NCBI RefSeq assembly: GCF_963921235.1
Contig: NC_086097.1
Span: 496,001 to 560,000, forward strand
DNA from: Mobula hypostoma
Taxonomy: Eukaryota
DNA: 64,000 bases
Direction of reading: 5' to 3'
The notes under the pieces were generated by a model. That model was not told the DNA's origin, ran no database searches, and was given only the letters and a program-made list of their open reading frames with translations. Every line of letters begins with the position of its first letter. Position 1 is the stretch's first letter. Position numbers and translations under genes: made by a program. Positions 49,249 through 62,738 of the stretch are shown one piece after another.

Positions 49249-51144
49249 ATGGAGTCTATTATTAATTTTGTCTCCTGGAATACTAATGGTCTTAATCATC
49301 CTATTAAAAGGAAAAAAGTTTTTAAAGTGTTCCGGAGACTTAAAGCACAAATTTTATTTTTACAAGAGACCCATGTACGGAGGGGGGACAGACTACGTTT
49401 TTTCAAATTCTGGAAGGGACAACAATTTCATTCGAACTCCAATGCTAAGATTCGAGGCGTCTCTATTTTTATAGACTCCTCAGTTACTTTTATACAACAA
49501 GATATTATCTCTGATCCGAATGGTAGATTTTTATTGGTTAGTGGTTTACTATTTAATAAAAAAAGTAGTTTTGGTTAATGTTTATGCTCCTAATATGGAT
49601 TGTCCGGAATTTTATAAATCATTGTTCGATCAGTTTCCGAATTTGAACGAGTTTTCATTGATTTGGGGCGGAGATCTTAATACCTGTTTATCTCCAGCTT
49701 TGGACCGTTCGGCTCCTTTACGGACTTTACCTAATAAATCTGCAAATTTGATTAATTTTTTCCTTTCTGATTCTGGGTCGACGGACATTTGGCGTTTTCT
49801 GCATCCTCAGGAAAAAGATTTTTCCTTCTTTTCACATGTTCATCATTCCTATTCAAGAATTGATTATTTTTTCATTGATTCTCGTCTCATTCCTTCAGTG
49901 ATTAAATGTGATTATGATTCTATAACCATTTCGGATCATGCTCCACTTAAGCTTTCTATTAAAATTATGGCCAATATACCAAACAATAGACAATGGCGTT
50001 TTAATTCGCTGTTGCTTCAGGACTCGGACTTTGTTAATTTTATGAATGAACAGATTGAGCTTTTTTTTACAATTAACCATACAGAAGATATTTCGGTTAA
50101 CACTCTTTGGGACACTTTTAAAGCCTATATTCGGGGTCAGATTATTTCGTATTCCGTTGCTTTGAGGAAGAAACAGAAGCAGGAGGAGATGGCAATTGTG
50201 GACAAGATTAAAGAAATTGATAAGAAATATGTTATGGCTCCTTCTGAGGAGCTATACAAACAAAGAACTGAACTTCAAATGGAACACAGTTTACTACTCT
50301 CGTCCTCGATTGTAAACCAATTAAAGAAAACAAGAAGTGATTTTTATGTTCACAGTGATAAAATTGGCAAGCTGCTGGCTAATCAATTGAAATCTAATTA
50401 TGTTAAATCTCAAATCAATCAGATTTATAACCAAAATGATCGATTGATATTGGATCATGTGGGGATTAATCAAACCTTTTGTGATTTTTATTCTTCTTTA
50501 TATCAATCAGAGTCTCCTCGAGATTCTAAATATATGAATGATTTTTTAGATAAGTTAGACTTCCCTCAGATTTCACAGGATATGTCTTCTTTATTAGATA
50601 CTTCCATTACAATGGATGAGATTAAGAATGTTATTTTTTCTATGAATCTGGGGAAAGCTCCTGGCCCTGATGGGTTTACCGTTGAATTTTATAAATGTTT
50701 TGCTTCTTTATTGATTCCTTGGCTCTATAAGGTTTTTGAGGCTTCTTTGAAACTTGGTAAACTTCCGGAATCTTTTAATAGAGCATCAATTTCTTTAATA
50801 CTAAAGAAGGATAAAGACCCTGCTCAATGTGCATCTTATAGACCAATATCTTTATTAAATGTTGATTCTAAAGTTTTTTCTAAGTTATTAGCAAATAGAT
50901 TAGAAAAAGTACTTCCTTCTATTATTTCGGAAGACCAAACGGGTTTTATTAAAGGTCGTTACTCTTTTTATAATATTCGTACATTGTTAAATATCGTTTA
51001 TACTCCCTCACAAAATGTTCCTGAGTGTGTTATTTCTTTAGATGCCGAGAAAGCTTTTGATAGAGTAGAATGGCCTTATTTATTTAAGGTGCTTGAAATG
51101 TTTAATTTTAGCTTGAAATTTATATCCTGGATTAAACTGTTATA
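49249..51144 (+). pseudogene. L1 ORF2 5' part (APE endonuclease and RT start), +1 frameshift in an A7 run at 49558-49564
   Basis: SWNTNG, LQETH, NVYAPN, GGDLN, SRIDY, SDH, KAPGPDG, YRPISLLN, LDAEKAFDRV. Confidence 0.93.
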
Positions 51145-52922
51145 GAAACATAGAAACATAGAAAATAGGTGCAGGAGTAGGCCATTCGGCCCTTCGAGCC
51201 TGCACCGCCATTTATTATGATCATGGCTGATCATCCAACTCAGAACCCAGCCTTCCCTCCATACCCCCTGACCCCTGTAGCCACAAGGGCCATATCTAAC
51301 TTCCTTTTAAACATAGCTAATGAACTGGCCTCAACAGTTTGCTGTGGCAGAGAATTCCACAGATTCACCACTCTCTGTGTGAAGAAGTTTTTCCTAACCT
51401 CGGTCCTAAAAGGCTTCCCCTCTATCCTCAAACTGTGACCCCTCGTTCTAGACCTCCCCAACATCGGGAACAATCTTCCTGCATCTAGCCTGTCCAATCC
51501 CTTTAGGATCTTATACGTTTCAATCAGATCCCCCCTCAATCTTCTAAATTCCAACGAGTACAAGCCCAGTTCATCCAGTCTTTCTTCATATGAAAGACCT
51601 GCCATCCCAGGAATCAATCTGGTGAACCTTCTTTGTACTCCCTCTATGGCAAAGATGTCTTTCCTCAGATTAGGGGACCAAAACTGCACACAATACTCCA
51701 GGTGTGGTCTCACCAAGGCCTTGTACAACTGCAGTAGTACCTCCCTGCTCCTGTACTCGAATCCTCTCGCTATAAATGCCAGCATACCGTTCGCCTTTTT
51801 CACCGCCTGCTGTACCTGCATGCCCACTTTCAATGACTGGTGTATAATGACACCCAGGTCTCGTTGCACCTCCCCTTTTCCTAATCGGCCACCATTCAGA
51901 TAATAATCTGTTTTCCTATTTTTGCCACCAAAGTGGATAACTTCACATTTATCCACATTAAATTGCATCTGCCATGAGTTTGCCCACTCACCCAACCTAT
52001 CCAAGTCACCCTGCATCCTCTTAGCATCCTCCTCACTGCTAACACTGCCACCCAGCTTCGTGTCATCCGCAAACTTGGAGATGCTGCATTTAATTCCCTC
52101 ATCCAAGTCATTAATATATATTGTAAACAACTGGGGTCCCAGCACTGAGCCTTGCGGTACCCCACTAGTCACCGCCTGCCATTCTGAAAAGGTCCCGTTT
52201 ATTCCCACTCTTTGCTTCCTGTCTGCTAACCAATTCTCCACCCACACCAATACCTTACCCCCAATACCGTGTGCTTTAAGTTTGCACACTAATCTCCTAT
52301 GTGGGACCTTGTCAAAAGCCTTTTGAAAATCCAAATATACCACATCCACTGGTTCTCCCCTATCCACTCTACTAGTTACATCCTCAAAAAATTCTATGAG
52401 ATTCGTCAGACATGATTTTCCTTTCACAAATCCATGCTGACTTTGTCCGATCATTTCACCGCTTTCCAAATGTGCTGTTATCACATCCTTGATAACTGAC
52501 TCCAGCAGTTTCCCCACCACCGACGTTAGGCTAACCGGCCTATAATTCCCCGGTTTCTCTCTCCCTCCTTTTTTAAAAAGTGGGGTTACATTAGCCACCC
52601 TCCAATCCTCAGGAACTAGTCCAGAATCTAACGAGTTTTGAAAAATTATCACTAATGCATCCACTATTTCTTGGGCCACTTCCTTAAGCACTCTGGGATG
52701 CAGACCATCTGGCCCTGGGGATTTATCTGCCTTCAATCCCTTCAATTTACCTAACACCACTTCCCTACTAACATGTATTTCGCTCAGTTCCTCCATCTCA
52801 CTGGACCCTCTGTCCCTTACTATTTCTGGAAGATTATTTATGTCCTCCTTAGTGAAGACAGAACCAAAGTAATTATTCAATTGGTCTGCCATGTCCTTGC
52901 TCCCCATAATCAATTCACCTGT
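51145..52922 (-). mobile_element. Young CR1, 5'-truncated, intact RT frame, inserted antisense into L1 ORF2
   Basis: ORF 51240-52931(-) is near-identical to copy A and the hybrid copy. Tail (TTTCTATG)n. TSD tata at 51141-51144 and 52924-52927. Confidence 0.96.
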
Positions 52923-52923
52923 A

Positions 52924-54809
52924 TATATCACTCCCCTGTAGCCTCGGTTCGTACTAACTCCTTAAACTCACCTTTTTTTCCTCTCTTTCGTGGTACTCGA
53001 CAAGGCTGTCCTCTTAGTCCCCTATTATTTGATATTGCATTAGAACCTCTTGCAATTGCTATTCGAGAATCTTTAAATATTACTGGGATAACTCGGGGAT
53101 TAAAGTCCCATAAATTATCACTCTATGCTGATGATTTACTTTTATATATTTCTAATCCTGAGAGATCCATTCCTGCTGTTTTAGAGTTATTAGCACAATT
53201 TGGTCTTTTCTCAGGTTATAAATTAAATCTTAGTAAGAGTGAACTTTTTCCGATTAATAAACATCTTCCCTTATATTATAAATTTCCATTTAAATTGATT
53301 AATAATTACTTTTCATATCTTGGGATTAAAATTACTTGTAAACATAAAGATTTATTTAAGACTAACTTTTTACCATTAATAGACCATATTACTCAACTTT
53401 CATCTAAATGGTTTCCCTTATATTTAACTTTGATTGGTCGTATTAATGCAGTTAAGATGTTTTTTTTGCCAAAATTTTTATATGTGTTTCAGGCATTACC
53501 AATTTTCGTTCCTAAATCTTTTTTTGATAAAGTTGACTCTAAAATTTCTTCATTTATTTGGCAGAATAAGAATCCGAGACTGGGTAAAATACATTTACAG
53601 AAAGCTAAGAGAGATGGAGGTTTAGCATTACCTAACTTTAGATTTTATTATTGGGCTATTAATATTCGACATATGAAATTTTGGTTACTTGACCGGGACA
53701 TACTATCTATTCCTAAATGGGTAGCATTGGAATTACAATCTGTTCAGGGTTATACACTTGGTTCTATTTTAGGTTCCTCTCTTCCTTTTGATTCGAAACG
53801 CCTTAAGCAGGTCTCTAACCCGATAGTTAAATATGCTTTGCGCATTTGGTTTCAATTCAGAAAATTTTTTGATCTTAATCAATTCGGGTTAGCGATTCCT
53901 ATTTTAGGTAACATATTTTTTCCTCCCTCTTTTACGGATCGCGCTTTTCAAACTTGGAAGACTAAGGGTATTTTACGGTTTTTGGATTTATTTTTAGATG
54001 GTTCCCTTATGTCTTTTGAACAATTATCTAATAAATATAACTTATCAAGAATACATTTTTTTAGATATTTACAAGTTAGAAATTTCCTAAGTACTATACT
54101 TTCTTCCTTTCCAATGCTTCCTCCTATATATATTTTAGATTCGATAATTAACCTTAATCCATGTCAGAAAGGTGCATCGGCTATGATTTATAATATTATT
54201 ATGAAACTTAGGAAAGCTCCATTTGATAAGATTAGGGTAGATTGGGAACAGGAATTGGGGCTTACCATTTCTGTGGATGATTGGGGGCAGATTTTACAAT
54301 TAGTTAATACTTCCTCTATTTGTGCTAAACATTCCCTAATTCAATTTAAAGTGGTTCATAGAGCACATATGTCCAAAGATAAGTTAGCGCGTTTTTACTC
54401 GCATATTAATCCTTTCTGTGATAGATGTTCGGGGCAGATAGCCTCTTTAACTCATATGTTTTGGTCTTGCCCTACTTTGGAAACTTTTTGGAGAGATATT
54501 TTCAATATTATTTCTAAGGTATTAAATATAGATATCTCTCCTCACCCTATTACTGCTATCTTTGGACTACCTAAAATTTCTAGTAATCTTTCCCCTTCAG
54601 CCCGTAGAATGATTGCATTTCTTACTTTAATGGCGAAAAGATGTATCTTACAACATTGGAAAGAGCTTAATGCTCCAACTACCTTTTTTTGGTTTTCTCA
54701 GACGATTTTATGTTTGAATCTGGAGAAAATTAGAAGTAACCTTTATGATTCTTCATTTAAATTTGAACAGATTTGGGGACCTTTTATTCGATATTTTCAT
54801 TTAATGTAA
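52924..54809 (+). pseudogene. L1 ORF2 3' part (RT and CCHC domain), open frame
   Basis: RGTRQGCPLSPLLF, LYADD, YLGI, GGLALPN, CDRC...HMFWSC. In frame with the 5' part once the CR1 and one TSD copy are removed (KLL-YHSP). Confidence 0.93.
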
Positions 54810-55169
54810 TATTTACCCTTCTTGTTTTTTCTTCACTGTTTTAATGGAGGTCGGGATTGAGGACGTGATTTTAAGTTTAACTCTGTTTGGTTTCAAGTTA
54901 GCCCATTGCTTTGCTTTGCTTTTAGTTAGTTGCACGGTGGGTTTTTTTTTGGGGTTTTTTTTTTCTTTTTTTTCCATTGATATATATAAAATCTAGTATA
55001 CTATTATGTTATCTTGGTTTCTTATGCTTAAATTACATTGTTTGTAGTATTTTCTTTTTGGTATTGTTATCTTTTGGAATTTTATTATACTTTAACATTG
55101 TATTAATGTTTATATGGCTTACCTTTTTTGTATACTTACTCAATAAAAAGATTTAAAAAGAAAGAAAGA

Positions 55170-55752
55170 ACAGATACTTGGATGTCTCAGGGGCAGGAGT
55201 GGCTGCTGATTGTGCCAGGCTTTAGATGTTTCAGCAAGGACAGGGAGGGAGACAAAAGAGGTGGGGGCGTTGCACTGCTGATCAGAGATAGTGTCACGGC
55301 TGCAGAAAAGGAAGAAGTCATGAGGGATTGTCGACTAAGTCTCTGTTGAACAGCAAGGGTTCAATAACTCTACTGGGTGTTTTTGAAAGACCACCTAATA
55401 GTAACATGGACATCAAGGAGCAGATAGGGAGACAGATTCTGGAAAGGTGTAATAATAACAGACTCGTCATGGTGGGAGATTTTAATTTCCCCAATATTGA
55501 TTGGTATCTTCCCAGAACAAGGGGTTTAGAAGGGGTGGAGTTTGCTAGATGCGTTCAGGAAGGTTTCTTGACACAATATGTAGATAATTCTACAAGAGGA
55601 GAGGCTGTACTTGATCTGGTATCGGGAAATGAACCTGGTCAGTTGTCAGGTCTCTCAATGGGAGAGCATTTTGGAGGTGGTGATCACAATTCTATTTCTA
55701 GCATTGTAGTGGGATAGGAACAGACAAGTTAGGAAAGCGTTTAATTGGAGTA
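55170..55752 (+). mobile_element. CR1 endonuclease (continuation of the host element)
   Basis: GGGVALL, VGDFNFP, LDLV. Confidence 0.88.
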
Positions 55753-57448
55753 GACCATAAGACAAAGGAGCAGAAGTTGGCCATTCGGCCATCGAGTCTG
55801 CTCCGCCATTTTATCATGAGCTGATCCATTCTCCTATTTAGTAACACTCCCCCGCCTTCTCACCATAACCTTTGATGCCCTGGCTACTCAGATACCTATC
55901 AATCTCTGCCTTAAATACACCCAATAACTTGGCCTCCACTGCCGCCCGTGGCAACAAATTCCATAGATTCACCATCCTCTGGCTAAAAAAATTTCTTCGC
56001 ATCTCTGTTCTGAATGGGCGCCCTTCAATCCTTAAGTCATGCCCTCTCGTACTAGACTCCCCCACCATGGGAAACAACTTTGCCACATCCACTCTGTCCA
56101 TGCCTTTCAACGTTCCAAATGTTTCTATGAGGTCTCCCCTCATTCTTCTAAACCCCAAGGAATATAGTCCAAGAGCGGACAAACGTTCCTCATATGTTAA
56201 CCCTCTCATTCCCGGAATCATTCTAGTGAATCTTCTCTGTACCCTCTCCAACGTCAGCACATCCTTTCTTAAATAAGGAGACCAAAACTGCCCACAGTAC
56301 TCCAAGTGAGGTCTCACCAGCGCCTTATAGAGCCTCAACATCACATCCCTGCTCCTATACTCTATTCCTCTAGAAATGAATGCCAACATTGCATTTGCCT
56401 TCTTCACTACCGACTCAACCTGGAGGTTAACCTTAAGGATATCCTGTACGAGGACTCCCAAGTCCCGGGGCATCTCAGAACTTTGAATTCTCTCCCAATT
56501 TAAATAATAGTCTGTCCGTTTATTTCTTCTGCCAAAGTGCATAACCATACACTTTCCAACATTGTATTTCAATTGCCACTTCTTTGCCCATTCTTCCAAT
56601 CTATCCAAGTCTCTCTGCAGACTCTTCGTTTCCTCAGCACTACCGGCCCCTCCACCTATCCTCGTATCATCAGCAAACTTAGCCACAAAGCCATCTATTC
56701 CATAATCCAAATCGTTGATGTACAATGTAAAAAGAAGCGGCCCCAACACGGACCCCTGTGCAACACCACTGGTAACCGGCAGCCAACCAGAATAGGATCT
56801 CGTTATTCTCACTCTCTGTTTCCTGCCAATCAGCCAACGGTCTATCCACGTATGTAACTTTCCCGTAATTCCATGGGCACTTATCTTGTTAAGTAGCCTC
56901 ATGTGTGGCACCTTGTCAAAGGCCTTCTGAAAATCCAAATATACAACATCCACTGCATCTCCCTTGTCCAGCCTACTTGTAATTTCCTTAAAAAATTGTA
57001 ATAGGTTTGTCAAGCAGGATTTTCCTTTAAGGAAGCCATGCTGAGTTCTGCCTATCTTGTCATATGCCTCCAGGTACTCTGTAACCTCATCCTTGACAAT
57101 CGACTCCAACAACTTCCCAACCACCGATGTCAAGCTAACAGGTCTATAATTTCCTTTTTGCTTCCTTGCCCCCTTTTTAAATAGCAGAGTGACATTTGCA
57201 ATCTTCCAGTCCTCCGGAACCATGCCAGAATCTATCGACTTTTGAAAGATCATCGCTAATGCCTCCACAATCTCCACAGCTACTTCCTTCAGAATATGAG
57301 GGTGCGTTTCATCTGGTCCGGGAGATTTATCTACCTTTAGACTATTCAGCTTCCTGAGTACTTTCCCTGTCGTAATTGTGACTGCGCACACTTCTCTTCC
57401 CTGCCAACCTTGAGTGTCCGGTATACTGCTGATGTCTTCCTCAGTGAA
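55753..57448 (-). mobile_element. Young CR1 (further family), 5'-truncated, intact RT frame, 5-bp TSD
   Basis: Open frame from FTEED to GYGEKAGECY* (55838). Tail tcttatggtct. TSD gagta at 55748-55752 and 57449-57453. Confidence 0.93.
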
Positions 57449-57756
57449 GAGTAAGGAGAAATATGAAGCTATCAGGCAGGAACTTGGAAGCATAAGTTGG
57501 GAAGAGATGTTATCAGGGAAATGTGGCAAACAATCAGGGGATATTAGCGTGATATTCTGCAGAAGTACGTTCCAATGGGACAGGGAAAGGATGGTAGGGT
57601 ACAGGAACCGTGGTGTACCAAGGCTGTGAAAAATCCAGTCAAGAAGAAAAGAAGAGCTTACGAAAGGTTCAAAGAACTAGGTAGTGTTAGAGATCTAGAA
57701 GATTATAAGGCTAGCAGGAAGGAGCTTAAGAATGAAATTAGGAATTCCAGAAGGGG

Positions 57757-60700
57757 TTCTAAGCTCCATATACCATTTAGGAGTCCCTTAAAAGATCTTA
57801 TTGTATCCACCTCCACAACCGTCGCTGGCAGCCACTCTCTGCATAAAAAACTCACCCCTGACATCTCCTCTGTACCTACTTCCAAGCACCTTAAAAATAT
57901 GCCCTTTCATGCTAGCCATTCGAGCCCTGGGAAAAAGCCTCTGACTATCCACAGGATCGATGCCTCTCATCATCTTATACACCTCTATCAGGTCACCTCT
58001 CATCCTCCGTCGCTCCAAGAAGAAAAGGCCATGTTCATTCAACCTATTCTCATAAGGCATGCTCCCCAATCCAGGCAACATCCATGTAAATCTCCTCTGC
58101 ACCCTTTCTATGGTTTCCACATCCTTCCTGAGGCGACCAGAACTGAGCACAGTACTCCAAGTGGGGTCTGACCAGGGTTCTATACAGCAGCAACATTACC
58201 TCTCGGCTCCTAAATTCAATCCCACGGTTGATGAAGGCCAATGCACAGTATGGCTTCTTAACCACAGAGTCAACCTGCGCAGTAGCTTCCAGTGTCCTAT
58301 GGACCCGGACCCCAAGATCCCTATTATCCTCCACACTGCCAAGTGTCTAACAATTAATACTATATTCTGCCATCATATTTGACTTACCAAAATGAACCAC
58401 CTCACACCTATCTGGGTTGAACTCCATCTGCCACTTCTCAGCCCAGTTTTGCATCCTATCAATGTCCCGCTGTAACCTCTGACAGCCCTCCACAATATCC
58501 ACAACACCCGCAACCAAATTTACTAACCCATCCCTCCACTTCTTCATCCAGGTCATTTATAAAAAATCACTAAGAGAAAGGGTCCCAGAACAGATCCCTG
58601 AGACACAACACTGGTCACCAACCTCCATGCAGAATATTACCCTTCTACAACCATACTTTGCCTTCTGTGGGCAAGCCAATTCTGGATCCACAAAGCAAAG
58701 TCCCCTTGGATCCCATGCCTCCTTATTTTCTCAATAAGCCTTGCATAGGGTACCTTATCAAATGCCTTACTGAAATCCATATACACTACATCTACTGCTC
58801 TATCTTCATCAATGTGTCTAGTCACATCCTCAAAAAATTAAATCAGGCTCATAAGGCAAGACCTGCCCATGACAAAGCCATGCTGACTATTCCTAATCAT
58901 ATTATGCCTCTCCAAATGTTCATAAATCCTGCCTCTTAGGATCTTCTCCATCAACTTACCAACCACAGAAGTGAGACTCACTGGTCTATAATTTCCTGGG
59001 CTATCTCTACTCCCTTTCTTAAATAAGGGAACAATACCCACAACCCTCCAATCCTCCAGAACCTCTCCCATCCCCACTGATGCAAAAATCAATGCCAGGG
59101 GCTCAGCAATCTCCTCCCTCGCCTCCCATCGTAGCCTGGGGTACATCTCATCTAGTCCCGGTGACTTACGCAACTTGATGCTTTCCAAAAGCTGTAGCAC
59201 ATCCTCTTTTTTTATATCTACTTGCTCAAGCTTTTCCTTCCGCTGTAAATCATCCCCACAGTCGCCAAGATTCTTTTCCATAATGAATATTGAAGCATAA
59301 TATTAATTAAGTACCTCTGCTATATCCTCTGATTCGATACACACTTTTCTACTGTCAAACTTGATTGGTCCTATTCTCTCACGTCTTATCCTCTTGCTCT
59401 TCACATACTTGTAGAATGCACTAGGGTTTTTCTTAATCCTATCTGCCAAGACTTTCTCATCGTCCCTTCTGGCTCTCCAGTAGAGTTATTGACCCCTTCC
59501 TGTTCTTAACTACCAGCAACAGAGACTCCGTAGACAACATGACTACCCCCTTTTCTGCAGCCATGACACTCTCTCTGATCAACAGTGCCATGCCCCCACC
59601 TCTTTTGCCTCCTTCCCTACCCTTTCTGAAACATCTAAAGCCTGACCCTTGAAATAACCATTCCTGCCCCTGAGCCACCCAAGTCTCTGTAATGGCCACA
59701 ACATCATAGCTCAAAGTACTGATCCATGCTCTGAGCTCATCCGCTTTGTTTATAATACTCCTTGCATTAAAACAGACACATCTCAAACCATCGGTCTGAG
59801 CGTGTCCCTTCTCTATCACCTGCCTATCCTCCCTCTCGCACTGTCTATAAGCTTTTCTTATTTGTGAGCCAACTACCTCTTCCTCCATCTCTTCAGTTCG
59901 GTTCCCACCCCCCAGCAAATCTGGTTTAAACTCTTCCCCAATAGCCTTAGCAAACCTCCCCACTAGGATATTGGTCCCCCTGGGATTCAGGTGCAACCCG
60001 TCCTTTTTGTACAGGTCACACCTGCCCCAAAAGAGTTTCCCAATGATCCAGAAATCTGAATCCCTGCCCCCTGCTCCAATCCCTCAGCCACGCATTTATC
60101 CTCCACCTCATTCCATTCCTATACTCACTGTCATGTGGCACAGGCAGTAATCCCGAGATTACTACCTTCATGGTCCTGCTTCTCAACTTCCATCCTAACG
60201 CCCTCTAGTCTGTTTTCAGGACCTCCTCCCTTTTCCTACCTATGTCGTTGGTACCAATATGTACCATGACCTCTGGCTATTCTCCATCGCACTTCAGGAT
60301 ATCGTGGACGCGATCTGAAACATCCCGGACCTTGACACCCTGGAGGCAAACTACCATTCATGTTTCTTTCCTGCGTCCACAGGATCACCTGTCTGACCCC
60401 CTAACTATTGAGTCCCTTATCACTGCTGCCATCCTCTTCCTTTCCCTACCCTTCTGAGCCGCAGGGCCAGACTCTGTGCCAGAGGTGTGGCCACTGTTGC
60501 TTCCCCCAGGTAGGCCATCCCCCGCAACAGTACTCAGACAGGAGTACTTACTGTTAAGGGGGACAGCCATGGGGTACTCTCTAGCATCTGACTCTTGCCC
60601 TTCCCTCTCGTGATTGTTACCCACTTACATGTCTCCCGAGGCCCCAGGGTGACTACCTGCATATAGCTCCTATCTATCATCTCCTCACTCTCTGACCAGC

Positions 60701-61130
60701 CAGAGGTCATCGAGCTGCATCTCCAGTTCCCTAATGCGGTTCCTCAGGAGCTGCTGCAGCTTGACGCACCTGGTGTAGATGTGGCCGCCGGGAGGCTGGG
60801 AGTCTTCAGGACTTCCCACATCTGACACTGAGCACAGAACAACGGCCTCACATACATACTTCCTGTCTGTATTCTACACAGGCAACCTACCATGCCTTGA
60901 CCCATTATCGCCAAAGCCCCGTTGAACCAAAGCCCTCCTACTCTGTCCCCCTCTACTTCGCCACCCGCTCCTCCTAAGCCTGCTCTATAAAACTGTTTCC
61001 TTTTAAACTCTTCTCACTGTTCAAACTGGCTGACGTCCACGCGTTTGCGCAGTCGTACCTTGATCAAACTGCTGAAGAAATAACCGTCTCCTTTTAAACT
61101 CTCTTCACTGTTCTAACTGGCTGATGTTCA
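57757..61130 (-). mobile_element. Near full-length degraded CR1 (5' UTR, ORF1, ORF2 with an internal deletion near 59477)
   Basis: Colinear ORF1 zinc finger and esterase, endonuclease start, RT and C-terminal remnants. The 5' UTR resembles 34050-34240. Confidence 0.9.
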
Positions 61131-61589
61131 TCATCTAAATCATTGATATATAGTACAAAAAGAAGCAATACCAATCATCTTATTCTTACCTTCACTGGCA
61201 CGTAGAACAGGCAGAAATCCAGAGATTACTACTCTCAAGGTCCTGTTTTTCAGCTTTCTACCTAAAATCTCTCTTCAAGACCTCCTCAGCTTTTCTACCT
61301 ATGTTATTGGTATCAGTATAGTAGGTCATCCCCCTCAACAGTATCTGAAGTGGTATATTTATTATTGTGGGGAATGGCCACAGGGGTATTTTGCACTGGC
61401 TATACATTTCCCCTTCCTTCTCCTGACAGTCACCCTGTGACCTATTTCCTGAAACCCAGGGGTGACTACTTCCCTGTTGCTCCAATCCATCACCTCCTTA
61501 TTCTCCCATATGAATCAAAGGCCATTGGGCTGCAGTTCCACTTCCTTTATACACTCTCTCAGGAGCTGCAGCTCAACAACGTTCGGCTC

Positions 61590-62738
61590 TGAGGAGTATC
61601 AGAAGGATCTGGTAAATGTGGATTTGGAATAGGTTGTTTTCTGGCAAAGGTGCACTTGGTAAATGGGAAGACTTCAAAAGTGAAATTTTGAGAGTACAGT
61701 AAGTTCCTGTTAGAGTAAAAAGCAAGAAAAAGAGGTTTAGGGAACCTTGTTTTTCAAGAGATATTGAGGCCCTGGTTAAGAAAAAGAAGGAGGTGCATAG
61801 CAGGTATAGGCAGGAAGGAACAAATGATGTATTTGAGGAATATAGGAAATGCAAGGGAATACAGAAGAAAATCAGGAGAGTTAAAACAGGCATGTGGTTG
61901 CTCTAGCAAACAAGGTTAAGGAGAGTCCCAAGGTATTCTCCAGATATATTGAAAGCAAAAGGAAAACAAGGGACAAAATTGGTCCTCTGGAAGATCAGAG
62001 TGGTCATCCATGCATGGAGCAGAAAAAGATGGGCAGATATTTAATGGATTTTTTTGCATCTGTATTTACTTGGGAGATGGACACAGGATCTACAGAGGTG
62101 AGGCAGAGCAGCAGTGAGGCCATGGACCATATACAGATTACAGAGGAGGAAGTGTTTGCTATTTTGAAACCAATCAGGGTGGATAAGTCCACAGTGCCTG
62201 ACAAAGTGTTCTCTTGGACCCTGTAGGAAGTTAATGCAGAAATTGCAGGGGCTCTGGCAGAGGTACTTAAGACATCCTTATCAATGGATGAAGTGCCAGG
62301 GGATTGGAGGATAGCTAATGTTGTTCCATTGTTTAATTGAGGCTCTAAGAATAAGCCAGAAAGTTATAGGTCAATGAGCCTGACATCAGAAGTGTGGAAG
62401 TTATTGGAAGTTTTCTAAGCAAACGAATATATAAGTATTTGGATAGACAGGGACTGATTAGGGATAGTCAACATGGTTATTTGCATGGTTGGTTGTGTCT
62501 TACAGAGATTTTCGAGGAAATTACCAGGAAAGTTGATGAAGGCAAGGCAGTGGGTATTGTCTACGTGGAACTTAGCAAGGTCCCACATGGGAGGTTGGTC
62601 AAGGAGGCTTAGTTGCTTGGCATTCAAGATGGAGTAGTAAATTAGATTAGACATTGACTCCACGGGAAAAACCAGAGAATAGTAGTAGATAGTTGCTTCT
62701 CTGACTGGAGCTTTGACTAGTGGTGTGCCACAGGGATT
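61590..62738 (+). mobile_element. Degraded CR1 ORF2 fragment
   Basis: PK.F.RYI.SKR..RDKIGPL, FFASVFT, SQHG and KVPHGRL remnants. Confidence 0.82.

Larger units (their letters stand above)
47556..55169 (+). mobile_element. Full-length L1-clade LINE with 13-bp TSD, interrupted by a CR1
   Basis: TSD acagatacttgga at 47543-47555 and 55170-55182. Contains 5' UTR, ORF1, a 720-bp spacer, ORF2, AATAAA at 55142 and an (AAAG)n tail. Confidence 0.96.

Noticed and set aside
52773..52925. N-terminus of the 678-aa ORF 52773-54809 as a novel protein start
   Set aside because: It is the antisense strand of the inserted CR1 reading by chance into L1 ORF2.
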